Assembly: GCF_009914755.1 (NCBI RefSeq)
Contig: NC_060947.1
Length of the DNA stretch: 64,000 bases
Strand: one strand, 5' to 3'
Source: the human T2T-CHM13v2.0 reference genome, Homo sapiens
Part shown: positions 32,214-47,427 of the stretch, piece after piece
How positions within the stretch are numbered: position 1 is the stretch's first letter
Layout: each line of letters starts with the position of its first letter
The notes under the pieces: generated by a model
The model's database searches: none
Told to the model about the DNA's origin: nothing
The model's input: the letters and a program-made list of their open reading frames with translations, nothing else
Translations under genes and position numbers: made by a program

Positions 32214-34958
32214 TTCTATTTTTAATATGCTGCATCCTCACCCTTTGTGGAAAGCCTCTGGGTTTCAATAACTAGCAAGCCGATCTTGCTGAAAGAAGGT
32301 AGAGATACAAACAAGTAGAAGCAACTGTTCCACATAAAGAAAGAAATAAGTTTAATGGGAAAAAATAATGAATTGGGGGAACGTGCAATCAAAATACAAT
32401 TCTGAGGATCTCAGAACTATTTGGAGTGAGCTGGCAGATAATGTTATAAAAAGCAGGTTACCAGTTTATGGATTCTATATATTTGATAATTTTGGGATAG
32501 CTTTGGTGTTCCTGTATCACATGGTAATCCTATAAAATAGATCAAGTGTTTCTCGAAATACCATCTTTATAAATATCATCTTGGAGGCCTCACTCTGAAT
32601 CAACTAGATCCGTACTTCTGGGAATCTGCATTTTAACCCACCCCTCAAATGATTCTTATATATGCAGAAGTAAAATCTGAAAATTACTATAGTAGCTTAA
32701 CTGAGTGTGGTTACATTGCTTTTGTGATGATGCCATTATTTTCTCTTTCTAAAGACCCACTGTTTCCAAGACCCAGTTAAAAGCCACCTTTCTTGATTTG
32801 TTTTAACACAGAGTTTAGTTTCTTCCTCCTCTGCTCCTCTAGCTCCCATAATTGTGCCTTTGTTACACTAATCAAGAGTATCCCAAATCTCTTAATGCAG
32901 ATTTAAACTTTAATAACTTTACATACGTAAGTGCTACAACCTTACCAAAAACATTATTTAAAATTTATTTAAATTTATTTTACAATCATTTAGTTTTGTT
33001 TATTTTAAATAGTAAGTTCTTAATTTTAATATTTATATGTGGCATTTTTTTGGACTGGTAGAAAAACTTGACCACCTCAATCACCTCATATATCTCCCTT
33101 AAACTTTCTTTTGCAGGGTCATGTCAAAATAGTTGAGTGTGCACCAATATTTTATTCTTCAAATAATCTTAAATCTAGGATCACAGATGTCATCCTTTCT
33201 GTCACTAACCCACAGCTGGTAGAAGTTTTTGAAAAGTTTGAAATTTGACTAGAGCAATGTATAGTACAACCCAGTATACTATATGTTGAATTTTATTTCC
33301 TGTTGAATGTTAATAAAAATATATTAATATCTTAAAATTTTAAATAATTGGCCTTTTATCTATTGATTTGTGTAATGGTGTATCATTTATACTTCTAAAG
33401 TTAAAAATACTTAAAACAGCATGAATACTTTGAAATTCTGTGTTTTAACTTATTTGTGTGAATTCCTATCTCCCTAAACAGCACTTCTCTAAGTCAGGGG
33501 CCATGTTTTATTCATCCTTTTGTCTCTAGTACAGTTGATTAATATTTGCTGAATCAAGGGGAAAAATATGTCTATTTTATATTGTCTAATTAATTTAGTA
33601 TATTCAATATTATTTAAATATTACTAACTATATTTAGATATAGGTAGCACATTTAAAATGTAATATTAATATAGCATCAAACATATATTTAATAGTATTT
33701 GTTGTGTTTCCATCCATTGCAGTTATTATCCTTTTAGATGCTCAAATTGTTCCATGTTTGACTAGGGGGAATCTCTTCATGTTGAGTCCTGAGTCCTACT
33801 AAAACAGGAGCCAACTCCTGTGTAGTGGTAGTCTTGACAGATTACTCCTAGTAGTCTTTGATAACTTCCTTCTGTCTTGTATCACAGTATAATCCAAGCT
33901 CATCTTGTACGTTTCCTATTCCAGATCTCAAATCAGCCATTTTCCAAGAAGGCTTGGAAATGTGGTTTTAAGACCATAAAGTCTGGGAAGTGTATCATTA
34001 CTAGGTTGGTCATTGTTCCTATGCCTTTTCAGGGTGCAGTGCTAAGAAATACATGCATACATGTATATACATATGTACATAGATAATACTTCAAGAGACT
34101 CCAGCATATTATTTAACTTCTTCAATCTTATATATGTGTCTGCTTTATCCCATGCTAAAAATACTTATCAATGACACTGGAGTGATAGAATGGCAGTCAC
34201 ATAATTGTTCAGTTATTCATCTTATAAAGCACACACAGCAGATTCTGCATGACAATAATAATCACAACACTACCATCTAACATCATATGATTACTGAAAA
34301 CAGTTTAAGATTATTTTAACAGTTCTTTTTGTTGGATCACATTAGGAATGTGCTAGTAAATTTTTATATTTTAAAGATACTTGAAATAGTTACTTTCCGT
34401 ATGATTATTATCCACTACTAGAGTATACATTCAGATCATGTTTACTTTGTTTACTTTTTTCCTTGAGGAGAATCCCTTTGAAGTTTGAATTTTTAGTCAT
34501 ACCCTCTGATTCTGGGAAGGTAGGCAAATAATGGAATTTGCATACATTGCAGCTGAAGCAAGCTGTAGAAGCAGCATGTGGAAGCTGGGCAAGTTCCCAA
34601 CTTTTCCCAGATTATCTCTCCTTTGGCATATGAGTCCCTCAGAAAGACAAGACCCAATTCTTAAGTATTTCTGTGAATTTTGTAAAATATACTTAAGTTT
34701 TATTTTTAAAACTTTGCCCCGATCTGCATATGTATTTCTTCTGACAAGGCATTGTGGTGAAGTTGCATTATCAAAAATTGTGTTGAACAACATTCCTTTT
34801 TTGTTAAAATTAAATTCAGGAAAAAATGAAATGGAGTATCATTTCTTAAAATATTCAGTACTGTGGAAATGGGTTTGTTTTTTTTTTCAAAATTATCCAA
34901 ATAATAATTAATTTTATTTTTTGAAGTAAAGTTAGTTTTTTAAAGTTAAAATAGCAAT

Positions 34959-35291
<333 letters not shown>

Positions 35292-36095
35292 TTATCACTT
35301 AATGTATGTCAGATTCTAATGACTTATCTCATTTTGTCACTTAATTCTCACAGCATTTTTATTGGGTTGCTACCAGTATGCCCGTTTTATAAATTTTGTG
35401 AGGAAACTGCGCCATAGAAACATTGTCTCTAAGCAAAGATCAGTTTGTTGTATTACTGCTTATTGTATATCAAGTAATTGCAGGTTAAAAGAAAAGACCA
35501 TGGTGGTTTTTGAAAGAATTTTTTGTAATTTCTGGGACTTAAATTTAGGTGAGAACTATGAACTTGGTAATTATTATTAGTAGATGTATTAATTTTAAGT
35601 GTGTACTGTAAAGTATATTTAATAGCTTGCAATAGTTGAAAATATAAAAGTATTTGAGATTTTGATAGGACTATTGAAATAAATGTTAGTGTGTTTTTTA
35701 ATGTTCTAATCTATAATAAATTAGTATTTGAAATGTTAGGGACATTTCAACAGAATACATTTATCACGTGTAAAAGCTTAGATAGAAAATGGTTACAATA
35801 TTTTTTCAATATTTGTTTTTAAAAGTCTACTTAATGTATATTGTCCTTTAGTATGTGTTTAAAAGAAGTAAAGTTAGAATATACAGTTAAGCAAAAATAA
35901 GGATAGCCTCTGTTACTGACCATCAGAGCTAACCATTATTAATATTTTGGTATGTAGCATCCTAGATTTTTCCTGTTATTATTGCTTTTACTTGAATTGT
36001 TAAGACTTTTAAAATTATAGTATAATTTCTAAGAAAATATTTTTAAAAGAATGCTTGATATTTTGAATCTAATGTATATGGTTCTTTTTTTTCAG

Positions 36096-36137
36096 GATTG
36101 TACTGTATATGAAACAGAGAATAAAATTCTTCACGTG
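36096..36137 (+). CDS. CNKSR2: CNKSR2 42-nt coding exon (probably exon 5), phase 0-0
   Basis: Branch-like ctaat at 36069, ttcttttttttcag|GAT...GTG|gtgagt; translates DCTVYETENKILHV, continuous with the flanking exons. Confidence 0.95.
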
Positions 36138-38999
36138 GTGAGTATACTTGGATTTATTTTAATCTTTATTAGAGGATATTTCCTTGTTCAACTAGAAGAG
36201 GTGAACCATAAGAAAAAAAATCTACTGACCACATCAGTTAAGTGTATTTTTATAGGAAATCTACAAAACAATCAAAGCATAACAAGTTACGTTAGTTATA
36301 ACCATTCTATTGTACCTAATAGGAGAAAAAAGGTATAATATTTTAAAATTGTAATGTGTAGCAAGGTTGGAATATAATAAAAAATTAATAATGTAGAGCA
36401 AGGAGAATTTGAAATGAGAATTTCTTTTACTGTTCATCTATTACAAAAAAGATCAGAGAAAGGTATTCTGTTCTATAATGGGTAATTCATCTCTATCATC
36501 ATTTGGATGAAATACTTTATTAAAAAAATCAAATTTCCTTTGCTCCAATTCTATACCTACGAGACAACCTTTCAAATGGTAATATGGCAATATTTTTGAA
36601 TCAGTTAATGACTTTACATATATTTTATTACTAGAAATGGGCTACGCGTACATTATACTTTGTGGAAAGGCCATCTCCTGCCTTCTTAATGAACAGTTGG
36701 CCACTTTTATTTGTAAATGCATTTCTTGATCAATGCTAGTTTGTCCTAATAACTTCTTCACCTCTGGTGTGTGTGAAATCATGTCATTTCTGCATCTGCC
36801 AGGTACTAGGCGGTGAAGATCCATATGTCTGTAAAAGGACATTTGCCTCATTTATTCCTAATATCAGTCTATTAAGTTTTATGTTTCTGAAATGTTTGAA
36901 TATTTATAAAAGAATACTATTTTGTATTTAGAAAAGGAAATACTTTTAAAACATCTAAACGTATGGAGGGAAAATATTACTTCAGAATATCAGCAGTACA
37001 GCATCCCTATTCCTTTTTTGTTATCTGTTATAGAAATGATACTGAATAATCCTCTGCTAATCCTCTCCCCCTCATTGTGCAGTAGTGATGCCCTTTGTGG
37101 TTTATAAGAATAGTCTCAGGAGTGGATAATTAATTTACTTTTCTCCTTATTAGTCCAGGAGGGAAAATAATTACAACTCCCTCACGTTGATCTACCTGTA
37201 GGGCCTGGAGAATAGAAAGACACTAATATTTATTTAGGGCCTATATATTTCAAGTATTAGCTTAATTTCTTATAAGCATATTCTCTCATTTAATCCTACT
37301 TTTGCAGATGGTGGAACTAAGGGTCACAAATATTAAGTTGTTCAACTATTCGGTTTGAACACAGAATCTAATACCAAAGCCCATGCCCTTTCCAGATCTG
37401 GCAGTTGCTACCAATTCTAGCTCCCTGAGGCTTTACAAATTGTACTATCTTTTTTCCCGTGGAACCCAGGGCTACTGTCTAGCTGTGCCTATTTTGTCAA
37501 TAACTAAGGAGCATGCACAGACCCTTTCCCACCTACATTTTATTTTCTGTGAGTGACTGTTTCTTTAGCATTGAATTTTCTATGACAATGACTGTTCTTT
37601 CTGAAGTATTGAATTTACTGAATTCGACTTTGGTATGCTGCTGTGGGTTCTTCATTGTGTTTACTTCAAGGCTGTTATTGAGGTCAGTGTGTGTTAACAT
37701 TTTTTTCTTTATCAAGTTTCTCAGGAGTAATCTCCCTGATGTTAGTATCAAAAAGAGCTGTACTTTTCTTCATGCATTGGCTGCTACGAACTTAAGATTA
37801 AAATTTGTGGCCCATAATTGACAAGTGCATCTCATGGTATTTGTTTTGTATTTAGCTTCATTCTTGGCTCTACATGATTTCTTTTTGCCTTGTTTTTCTC
37901 AATTTATGTATGGTATATATTTTTACATCTGTTGATGTAGCCTTTTCTATGGAGGAATAGTTCCAGTTACAAATGCACATTTGTGATCAATATTCAAATA
38001 TCAACAAAGGAAATGTAAATAATTTATGGAAAAAGAATCTCTAGAGAACTGTAAAAAATATGAAATTTTATTTCTGAGGAAATTTCAGATTCTACCATAT
38101 GACAGAATAACAGAAATAGATTTAAATGATGAAAGAAATACTGTGGGATTTCTCTTGTACAAAAGACTTTAAATATAATTTTAATTAATTAGACTAAGGA
38201 AATAATCTCTTTGGGGTTATAAAATGATGAATGAAATTTTATTAAATAAAAACCATAATAAGTAATAGCCAAATTTTAAAAGTTCTTAATCACTAAATAT
38301 TTTTAATTTTAAATAATTTTAAAATAATAAGTAATTTTTAGTTTCTTAAATAAATTCCTAATAATTGACTCATATTGACTTTATCTTTCTCAAAAGCCAG
38401 ATTCTGGGCTACTTGCTATTAGAAATAAGTAACAGCATAAATAGTACTGAAGGAGTTTAGAAATGAATGCCGTATATTTACCTTGGCAATTTTGCATTCC
38501 AGCTAGTGAGAATTTAAAAATCCTGTCTGATGATGATGACAACAGTGAATGGCATTAACCAAATCAGTTCATCTCAGAAAGCACTTGTCTTTTCATGTTA
38601 TTCTTCTACTTCCCATCCTGACGTTTTTATACAAAGATTACCCAGCCTTTACCAAAAGGTTGTATGTATACTTGTATATTACTTTTTTCACAAGAATAAT
38701 TTTTTAGAATAATAAAATAGTATACAGTACCACTTAGTATATGAGGCTAGAATAGTTTCTTTAAAACAAAATTTCTAGAATAAGTATCTTTCTAGATCTC
38801 TATAGTGTAGAAGAAATAACTTTGAGTCTAAAAAACTGTCTGAATCCTAATTCTACCATTTTCTATCTCGGTGAGCTGAATCAAGTGATGTTTTTGAGAG
38901 TTTGTTCTTATTATGTAAAATGGGGATATTAATATCTTTCATGAATGATTGTTGCTAGGATAAAATAAATCAGTAAGTTTTCTAGACAGAGCTTTATAA

Positions 39000-39378
<379 letters not shown>

Positions 39379-39584
39379 TATTTAGGGTTTTTAATATCTT
39401 CTTTCTCTCCTTTTTATATGGACCAGTAAATCAAAAGCCAGAGTTTTTATATAGCTTGTTTAGGATGCAATTGTGAGTTAGTTTTAATGTTTTCCTTGTT
39501 TCTATGATACTTGAATATTCTAAGTACAATATGATTTATAATGGCTCCTTTTCAAAGATGAATTAATATGTATTGTATATGAGC

Positions 39585-40042
39585 ATCTTAGCCTGGGTTC
39601 TTTCTGGAAAACAGAGCCTACAACAAGGCTCGAATGCAGATAGTTTGTGTTGATTAGTTATCCCAAGACTCAGAAGAGACACTGGGAAGGAGAATCAATA
39701 TGGGTTCTAGAATTGTTCACCACTATAGGGAACTGAAGTTCGATCCCATCGGGACCTTCTGAGAAGCCCTGCAGAATTTGCCTTGGAATTGTCCAACCTG
39801 CCTGACAAAAACTGAAGAGGGAGAATGTATCTGCTGGCTCTAATCCAATTATCCCATTGGTCAAAGCTTGCTCCTTGGGGTGTTAACTCTCTCACACTAC
39901 CAGGTTTTTGGAGGTACCAGAGAGCTCTAGGACAGAAAGCAAAGGTAGTGCAACTGAAGTGAAGCAGATTGCCACAGCAGTAGCTGGAGAAAAAAGTGGG
40001 CTGAGTGGGTATGAGATGGGGCTTAAGGGGTGTCTGGTATAA
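39585..40042. mobile_element. Old ERVL-class LTR relic (LTR33/LTR16-like)
   Basis: GC-richer block starting gcctgggttc...cagagccta..acaagg...tgcagatagttt, resembling ERVL LTR ends from recall only. Confidence 0.45.
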
Positions 40043-40416
40043 TGAAACGCCTCTAAGTGGCAATCCAAATTTTAAAGTATTTTGGATCACATAAAGTATC
40101 CTGATAGTGACTGAAATCAAGATTTGCATAACTCACAAAAGCAAGCTTCAAACAGTAGACATAACATAACTTTTGTGTAAAAAAGCAGTGTATTTATAGT
40201 GAAGAAAATAATTTCAAGAACTATGCAACAGACTTAATGTTGGTTGTCTTTGCAAGGAATAGGATAAATTTTAGAGGCATTAACTTTAAATTATGTGTTT
40301 GTATAATGGTTAAATATAGCATAACAAATATGTGTTAATCAGAAAAAAGTAGTACTAAAATATCCATAGAAATGCCTGAATAGCAACCCAAAATCTAGAT
40401 TAAAAATGAGTATTTT

Positions 40417-40677
40417 ATTGTTAGATACAATGAATTAGATCTACTACTTGATAGCACAACAGAGTGACTACAGTCAGCAATAATTTGTTGTACATTTTAG
40501 AGTAACTGACGGAGTATTACTGGAATGTTCATAACACAAAGAAATGATAAATGCTTGAAGTGATGGATACCCCCATTTACCCTGATGTAATTATTCACAT
40601 TGTATGCCTGTATCCAAATATCTAATGTACTCCATAAATACCTAATGTATACCTACTATGTACTCAAATTTTTTCTA
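40417..40677 (+). mobile_element. Short L1MA 3' end
   Basis: gatagcacaacagagtgacta...gatggataccccatttaccctgatg...tactatgtac; TSD aaaaat[g/a]agtatttt at 40402-40416 and 40678-40692. Confidence 0.88.
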
Positions 40678-41110
40678 AAAAATAAGTATTTTTAACAAAT
40701 GAGTAAGAGTTTCAAATGGGTAAGGAGTGAAAACAGTGCCAGTAGCCAACCATTGACTAACCTAAAGAACATGGCTGAAATCTTTCTAATGCCAGGCAGA
40801 TTTAGAATCCTATGTAATATATTAATAGTTCTTAGGAACCTTTTCACTTTAGTACACTGGACTGTGAGTTAAATAGGTTTTTAGAACATCCCCAGTGATG
40901 GCTGCCATTTAGAAGGAACAAGGAGACCCCAGATGACTGAATAGAGATTATAGTAGCTTGAGATAGGCGCTAGAACATCAACTGTCTTAGCCTAAACCCT
41001 ACCCCTAAATCTTTATTTTGTCCAGAGGATAGGGAAGGCAGTTTTCAAGAGGAAGGAGAACTTATCACTTATGAAAACTTGTTATAGCCTAGGAATTCCA
41101 CAAGGCAATA

Positions 41111-41319
41111 CAGGTTGATTGTCCCTTATCTGAAATGCTTGAGATTAGAAGTGTCTCGGATTTCGGATTTTTTTGGATTTGGGAATATTTGCATGATATA
41201 CTTAACAGTTGTCACTAATCTGAAAATACTAAACCAAAATGCTCCAATGAGTGTTTCCTTTGAGCATCATGTCAGTGCTCAAAAAGTTTCTGATTTTCGG
41301 ATTAGAGATACTCAACCTG
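41111..41319. mobile_element. Tigger4a/MER46A-like DNA transposon
   Basis: TIRs caggttga...tcaacctg with TA on both sides; internal aatgctccaatgag...gtcagtgctcaaaaagtttc. Confidence 0.88.
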
Positions 41320-44249
41320 TACGAGTGTCAGAGTGCCCTTCAACACATGGGCAAACTGAGAGAGCTGAGGTTGTGAGGTGGTGTATCTTTCCCTGAAATA
41401 GATCTGTATTTAAGGATGGGTAAAGAAAAAGAATGGGTAAGAGGAGAGGAAGTATCCTCTAATATATTAGAAGAAAATCCTTCCACATGAAGTAGGTTTA
41501 TTATGAACACTTGTTTAATGTTTTCAGTTGAGCCAAAAGATATTACCTGTATTAAAAAAGAATACCATACTATAAAGAAGGTAAGGTCACTATAAACTGA
41601 GAGCAAAGTGAACTAAGAAAATAGTACATTAAACTAACATGGAAGCAGAAAATAAACCATGGAGAAAGCATGTATCTTCCCAATTTTTTTCAATTAATTT
41701 GCATTTCTTTCATAATGAAAAAGTATAAAAGTATGTATTTATTATAGTATAGTTAGAATTCTGATTGCTTATAATGGATGATTTTATAGTACATATATTG
41801 AACTAGTCAGAAGGGACTTGGACAATCCTCAGGCTACATTTTCTGTTCACTTTTCTCACCTCTAAAATTGGAGAGAGTCTTTCTGCTTAAAATCAGAAAG
41901 AAGTAGGCTGTGAGGACCAAAATCCCTGGTGGGAAGGGAGATTGGTTGCAGTGTTGGGCAGGGATGTCTGTTAATATGAAGTGTGAGAATGAATAAAAGG
42001 AGACTGAACATCTTGGGTTTCCTTTGAATTTGCCATTAAGTATAATGGAACAGACAATAGAATACAACCATAAAGGACAAAAGGCAATACAGATAATCAA
42101 TATAGTATATATCTCAGTGATTATCGACTAAAGATAAATAATATTATGTTTCACTTCTATTGATCTGATCTTTTCCTTCCAGTTAGTTTTTGTTCTGGAT
42201 TACACATTCTCTGGCAGGTTAGAGCCCATCTGTTTTGCTCTGTGCAGATCCTTGTTTTATATAACAAATGAGTTACAGAGAATCTGGAATTTTCAGTTCT
42301 ATACTCTACTTACTCCTCACTCCTGCCTTTCAGTACACCCATTGAGTCTGGAGTGATAAGCTCTCCTGAGAAGTCATTTCAGAGCTTGTGCTTTAGCAGA
42401 CTTCCTCTGCTTGTCCCTGCCCTGCCATTCTCATTGGTGAGCCTGGAACACTTGTCGGCTTTGATTAAACTCATGGAAATCCCAGGCCAGGCGTAATCAT
42501 TAAGGTCACATTGTTTAAATCAGATTGTTCTGAGCTCACAAACACCTTTTACATTAGCCAAAGGTATGGCCTTGTATATGGCACTTTGTATTTTAGCATT
42601 TTACCCCATTGCTTTTGTAAAGATAATAAATACTGCAAATGCCTATTTTATTATTTTAGTGTTAATATTATCTTCTAGTTATATAGTACTTTACAGTTTA
42701 CAGAACATTCTCAGGAATGCTTTCTTCTCTTTTTTCTCTTTTTTTTTCTCCAAGCTATTTTTTTCTTTTGTTACTTAGGTTTGATCATGAATTAGGCTTA
42801 TTTTGGCATGTTAAGTATTTGTTTTATTTCATAAACATTCTTTGTAATTTTTTCCTTTCTTTAAATTTATGAATTCCTTGCCCTTAAACTCCATCTGGAG
42901 TGAGATTATTATGTCTTCTCTGGTATCCAGACTAGAAATAGCTTAAACTGCATAGAGCCAACAGTTAGATGTAAGAGAGGATCCTGGAGGAGAAAGTAAA
43001 GGGCTCATTTTAGTCTTTTCCCTGACATCTACATCATATCATTTATGAAAGTATAGCTTTCCTCTTCTGATGGATCAAAACCTTGAGGATGTGTTTAAGT
43101 ACTGGTGTAGCAGCATACCCCAAAGTGAAATAAAAGTGATCATATTAATGTTAATAGCTTATCTTTAGAGATTTCTTGAAAACAATGGTACTCTAGTGAC
43201 TTAAAAATCCCTGAAGATAATTTTAACTCGTCTTCAGGAGGTTTCTGATGCTGTGATGAAGCAGCTTTTGCCAGTTGTAGCCCAGACTCTTCTAAAAGCT
43301 ATGATCTTGATCCAAATGCAAACTGAATTTTTTTTCAGTATGGTTGAGATTTTGTTGGTAACTGTAGCATTTGAACATATAAATTATGGTCAGTCTCACT
43401 AAAACATCAACTCTAATACTGAGTTTTATAGATGAAAAACGTAAGATGCTTCTTTATGTTTTCGAAGTTAAGGTCACCCTTCTGTCTCAGCCCCCTTTAT
43501 TATCTTTGTGGTCAGCCTGAAGAAATGTGCTAACAATATTGCTGAAATAGGCGTTGGATTCTTTGGTGTCATATTATATTATTTTCAGATTTTGACACTT
43601 TGGTGGTTAATTGCATTGTAAATTATTTTAACTATAAATTCTCCACAACTGATGCCTCATGCAGGAAAGGAAAAATGAGAAATCCAGATATAACATGATA
43701 GAGGTGGAAAATGTTTGTCTTTCCTGGGACAAAAAGAAAATGTGTGTGGCCTATGTGAAGAATTAAAATAATCTGGTTTTAGTGTTTCTGATTATGATTT
43801 AGGTAGACATTTTATAAGGCAGTATATTTATTTATATAGGTGTTTTTGCTAACATTACATTTGCTGAACACATTATGCATTGCAAGATGCTTCCATATTC
43901 ATACTGACTCTGAAAGTACAATTCTTGTCCTCACAGTAGTATTCATTTTTGTTGGGGAGTCAAGTGAGGTAGAATAATACAGTAGAAAGAGCAGCAATCT
44001 GAGAGTTAAAAGGATAGGTGTCCTGACCCCATTCTGGCATTTACTAGCTGTAAAGAAGCTAAGTTAGCCTTTCTGACTAAGTTGAGGGCTTGGAGTATCT
44101 GTGACTTTTAAGGTCTAAATGCCATAATTCTTAGATGACAAATTCACAAGATCATTAGAAAGCAGTATGGCCACATAAAGCGATAAATTGAAGAACTGTC
44201 TTTATTTGAGACCACTGTATATATGACCAAGGACACTATATATTTTTAA

Positions 44250-44785
44250 AAATAAAGTTAGCAGGCACATATTCAGTTTTGATACATGGGCATATTGCAT
44301 AGTGGTGAAGTCTGGGCTTTTAGTGTAGCCATCACCTGAATGGCGTACATTGTAACCATTAAGTCATTTCTTACCCCTTACCCCCTCCTACCGTTCCACT
44401 CTTCTAAGTCCCCAGTGTTTATCATTTCACATTCTATGTCCACATGTATACACTTTTTTTAAGCTCTCACTTATACGTGAGAACATGTGGTATTTGACTT
44501 TCTGTTTCTGAGTTATTTCACTTAAGATAATGGCCTCCAGTTCCATCCATGTTGCTGCAGAAGACATGATTTTATACTTCTTATGGCTCAGTAGTATTCC
44601 ATGGTGTGTGTATACACACACACACACAGAGACATATATGTACACACATATATATCACATTTTAATCCAGTCTGTTGATGGACACTTAACTTATTTAGTT
44701 CCTTATCTTTGCTATTGTGAATTTTGATATAATATTTGTTTTCCTTTGGGTAGATACCCAGTAGTGAGATAGCTGGATCAATGCT
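44250..44785 (-). mobile_element. L1PB-type 3' end with an internal (CA/TA)n tract
   Basis: ORF-track fragment MSSAATWMELEAIILSEITQKQKVKYHMFS on the minus strand; L1PB-like 3' UTR. Confidence 0.88.
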
Positions 44786-44816
44786 ATATATTTTTTTAAA
44801 GTGCAATTATAGTCAC

Positions 44817-45534
44817 TGTCAATGTAAAGATTTCTTCCACAAGGTAATTGAATCAGTCTGGAAACAGAAGCCACACAGTAACTTAAAGGAAGTTTGATAT
44901 AAATAATTATAAATTATGATAAGAAATACCTGCAAACAGGTAAAGAGCGCCCTAAACCATGTCCTACAACTGAGGAATAGTACCCAAGGAAGGATATCTT
45001 TTAAGTGGAACACCCTTCCCAAGGCTGAGAAGGTGTGGCTGCAGCTTCATTGGGTTGCATAGATCAGAGCTTATCCACAGTTGCCAGGCAAGTGGAAGAC
45101 AACCTTCGAGGATGTAGGCAAATGATGCTGCTGGGAAGGTTCACAGCAAGAGTTAGGATGATGCTGTGAGTAAGAGGTCTGGAGAGCATGCTGAGATAGC
45201 CTCAGGATGGTGATCACTGAGCCCAGGCTGAGGCTGCAATGTCACTGTGGGACTGCATGATCTGGACATGTGGCTGGGGCACAGCACTACCGATATCCCC
45301 ACACACATGCACTGCTAGTGGACCCTGCAACAGGAACAAGAAAAAAATAAAAGAATGCCCATGGGAACCTAGAAGCCTTCTTCTCCTTGCAGTGTCCCTC
45401 CACTGCCCTCTATTGACAAAAACTTAACATTGTGCTTACTGTACAAGATAAATGCTTAGAGTCCAATCCATTGTCACAGAGCAAGCACTGAAGGATGAAT
45501 TGAGCTGAGAGCCACAAAACTCATAACTGACACA
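44817..45534. mobile_element. ERVL LTR, LTR41-like
   Basis: Distal part ccctccactgccctctattgacaaaaacttaacattgtgc...gagctgagag...ataactgacaca matches my recall of LTR41; left boundary approximate. Confidence 0.6.
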
Positions 45535-46254
45535 GTGTGGTTAGCTCTTACCTCCATAAAACTACATATAGCTACTTCACATTTCTTGACTATAAGTGAA
45601 GACATCGCTCCCAGGTCTCTGCCGTTTGGTCCCTATTTATCCATAAAGTGTATATATATAGTGCCTTAAATTTCCAGAAGCTTATCTAATTATAATGAAC
45701 TGCTTCACTCTTGCTATTTGAATATAAAATCCAAGCTAAAATCAAAACATTTTTCTAATAACCTACATCTTAGTTGAGCTATCAATATGTCCAGTCTGTT
45801 CTTTTTCTTGAGCCTGAAAGTCATGTGTCCTCTAATGAGTGATCTCTCATCTTCTTCGGAACCTGCCACAAGCCTGCTTGTCTCTGTTTCCTGCCTATGA
45901 AACAGCAGATAAATAGAATTGAGATTTTCCCAGATCCAATTCTGGTTTCCAGCTTACTCTATTTCCCTATCAGAAGTGAGAGTAGTGGTGGAGCCTCTTG
46001 TCCCAACTCTTAATTCATACCAGATTGTTTCAGGTAAGTAGCTGAAAGTAGGCTCGAAGTGTCATGGGTGAACTTCTTACTCATCAAAGGTGTACATTTG
46101 GGACTGACATTTTCTCACTGTTTTGGCATTGACCTTATCATTCTTAGATGATTATTATCTTAAAGTGTAATTTTTAGGCTGTATTATTATCTCAATGTTG
46201 GGCTCACTAGGCATTAAAATATTTGATATTTACTTGCCAAACAATGTTCAAAGC

Positions 46255-46665
46255 ACAGTGGTTAAGCACGCAGGAACTGAAGCAAAACTGCATGATTGTA
46301 ACTTGGCTCTGCCATTTAAAAGTTGAGTGACCTTGAGCAAGTTTTTAACATCTTTGTGCCTCCATTCCTACATCTGTACAATAGAGATAATAGCAGTATT
46401 TCCTTCTTAGGGAGGTTGTGGGGGTTAAATTTGTTAATACATGTAAATGACTTAGAAGAATACTTAGAATATAGTAAGCTTTCAATAAATATCAGTTATT
46501 GTTTCATTTAGTCCTCCTCACTATACAGTGAGATCGGTATTATTTTTGTCCCAATTGTATACATAAGGAAACTGAGGCACACAAAAGGATTAAACAACTT
46601 TCCCCAGATCATGGAGCTAGTAAGTGGTGAAGTTACTATTCAGTCTGAGGCTTTTAATCACTATA
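46255..46665. mobile_element. Two adjacent MIRs in opposite orientation (+ about 46255-46505; - about 46520-46665)
   Basis: gtgaccttgagcaagt...catctgta... followed by aggaaactgaggcac...gagctagtaagtgg. Confidence 0.75.
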
Positions 46666-46778
46666 CTATAGCTGACTCTGTAGATGACCTCGAAATCTAA
46701 TTCTAAGGTCATAAATTATAGACATTTAATTTCAGTGACTTTCTTTTGTCTTTCTATTGATAATTTTCCTTTGGCATT

Positions 46779-47427
46779 CATGGTAGACAGGATTCTAAGA
46801 TGACCCCCAGGACCCCTGTCCCCTGGTATATAACTGCCCTCTTCTTCAGTGTGGTTGAGACCAGGGAATACAATGAATTTCACTCTCATGATTAGGTTTT
46901 GATCTATGGCAAAGGTGAAGGAATTTCAAGGATGTATTTAAGGTCTCTTGTCAGTTGACTTTAATATAATTAAAAGAGAGATTATCTTGGTGGGCCTGAC
47001 CTTATCATGTGAGCCCTTTAAAACAAGATTCAAAGGAGGCAGATATTCTCTTGCTGGCCTTGAAGAAATCAGCTGCCATGTTGTGAGAGGGCCTGTGTAG
47101 GGAGTCACGCAGTGAGGACCTGAGGACAGCCTCTGGGAGTTGAGAACAATCTCCAGATGACAGCCAACAGGAAAGTGGGGACCTCAGTCATACAGCCACA
47201 AGGAAGTGGATTCTGCTGACAACCTGAATGAACTTGAAAGCAGATTCTTCCCTACTTACACCTCCCTGTAGGAATACAGCCAAGTTGACAGCTTGGTTTC
47301 TGCCTTGTGAGACCGGGGACTGGTTCCAGTGCCTGGACTCCTGAGCCATGGAAACTGAGAGAATGTGTGTTTCTTTAAGCCTCCAACCTTGTAGTAATTT
47401 GTTACACAGCTATAGATACCTAATACA
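46779..47427 (+). mobile_element. MLT1E/F-like MaLR solo LTR
   Basis: tggtagacaggattctaagatgaccccc...ggacctcagtcatacagccacaagga...gtaatttgttacacagc...taataca. Confidence 0.85.

Noticed and set aside
34531-34911. 126-aa ORF with overlapping antisense ORFs
   Set aside because: No recognisable homology or coding-like composition; kept only as a possible non-coding element.
36051-36338. 95-aa ORF containing DCTVYETENKILHV
   Set aside because: Only 36096-36137 is exon; the rest is chance open frame across clear splice sites.
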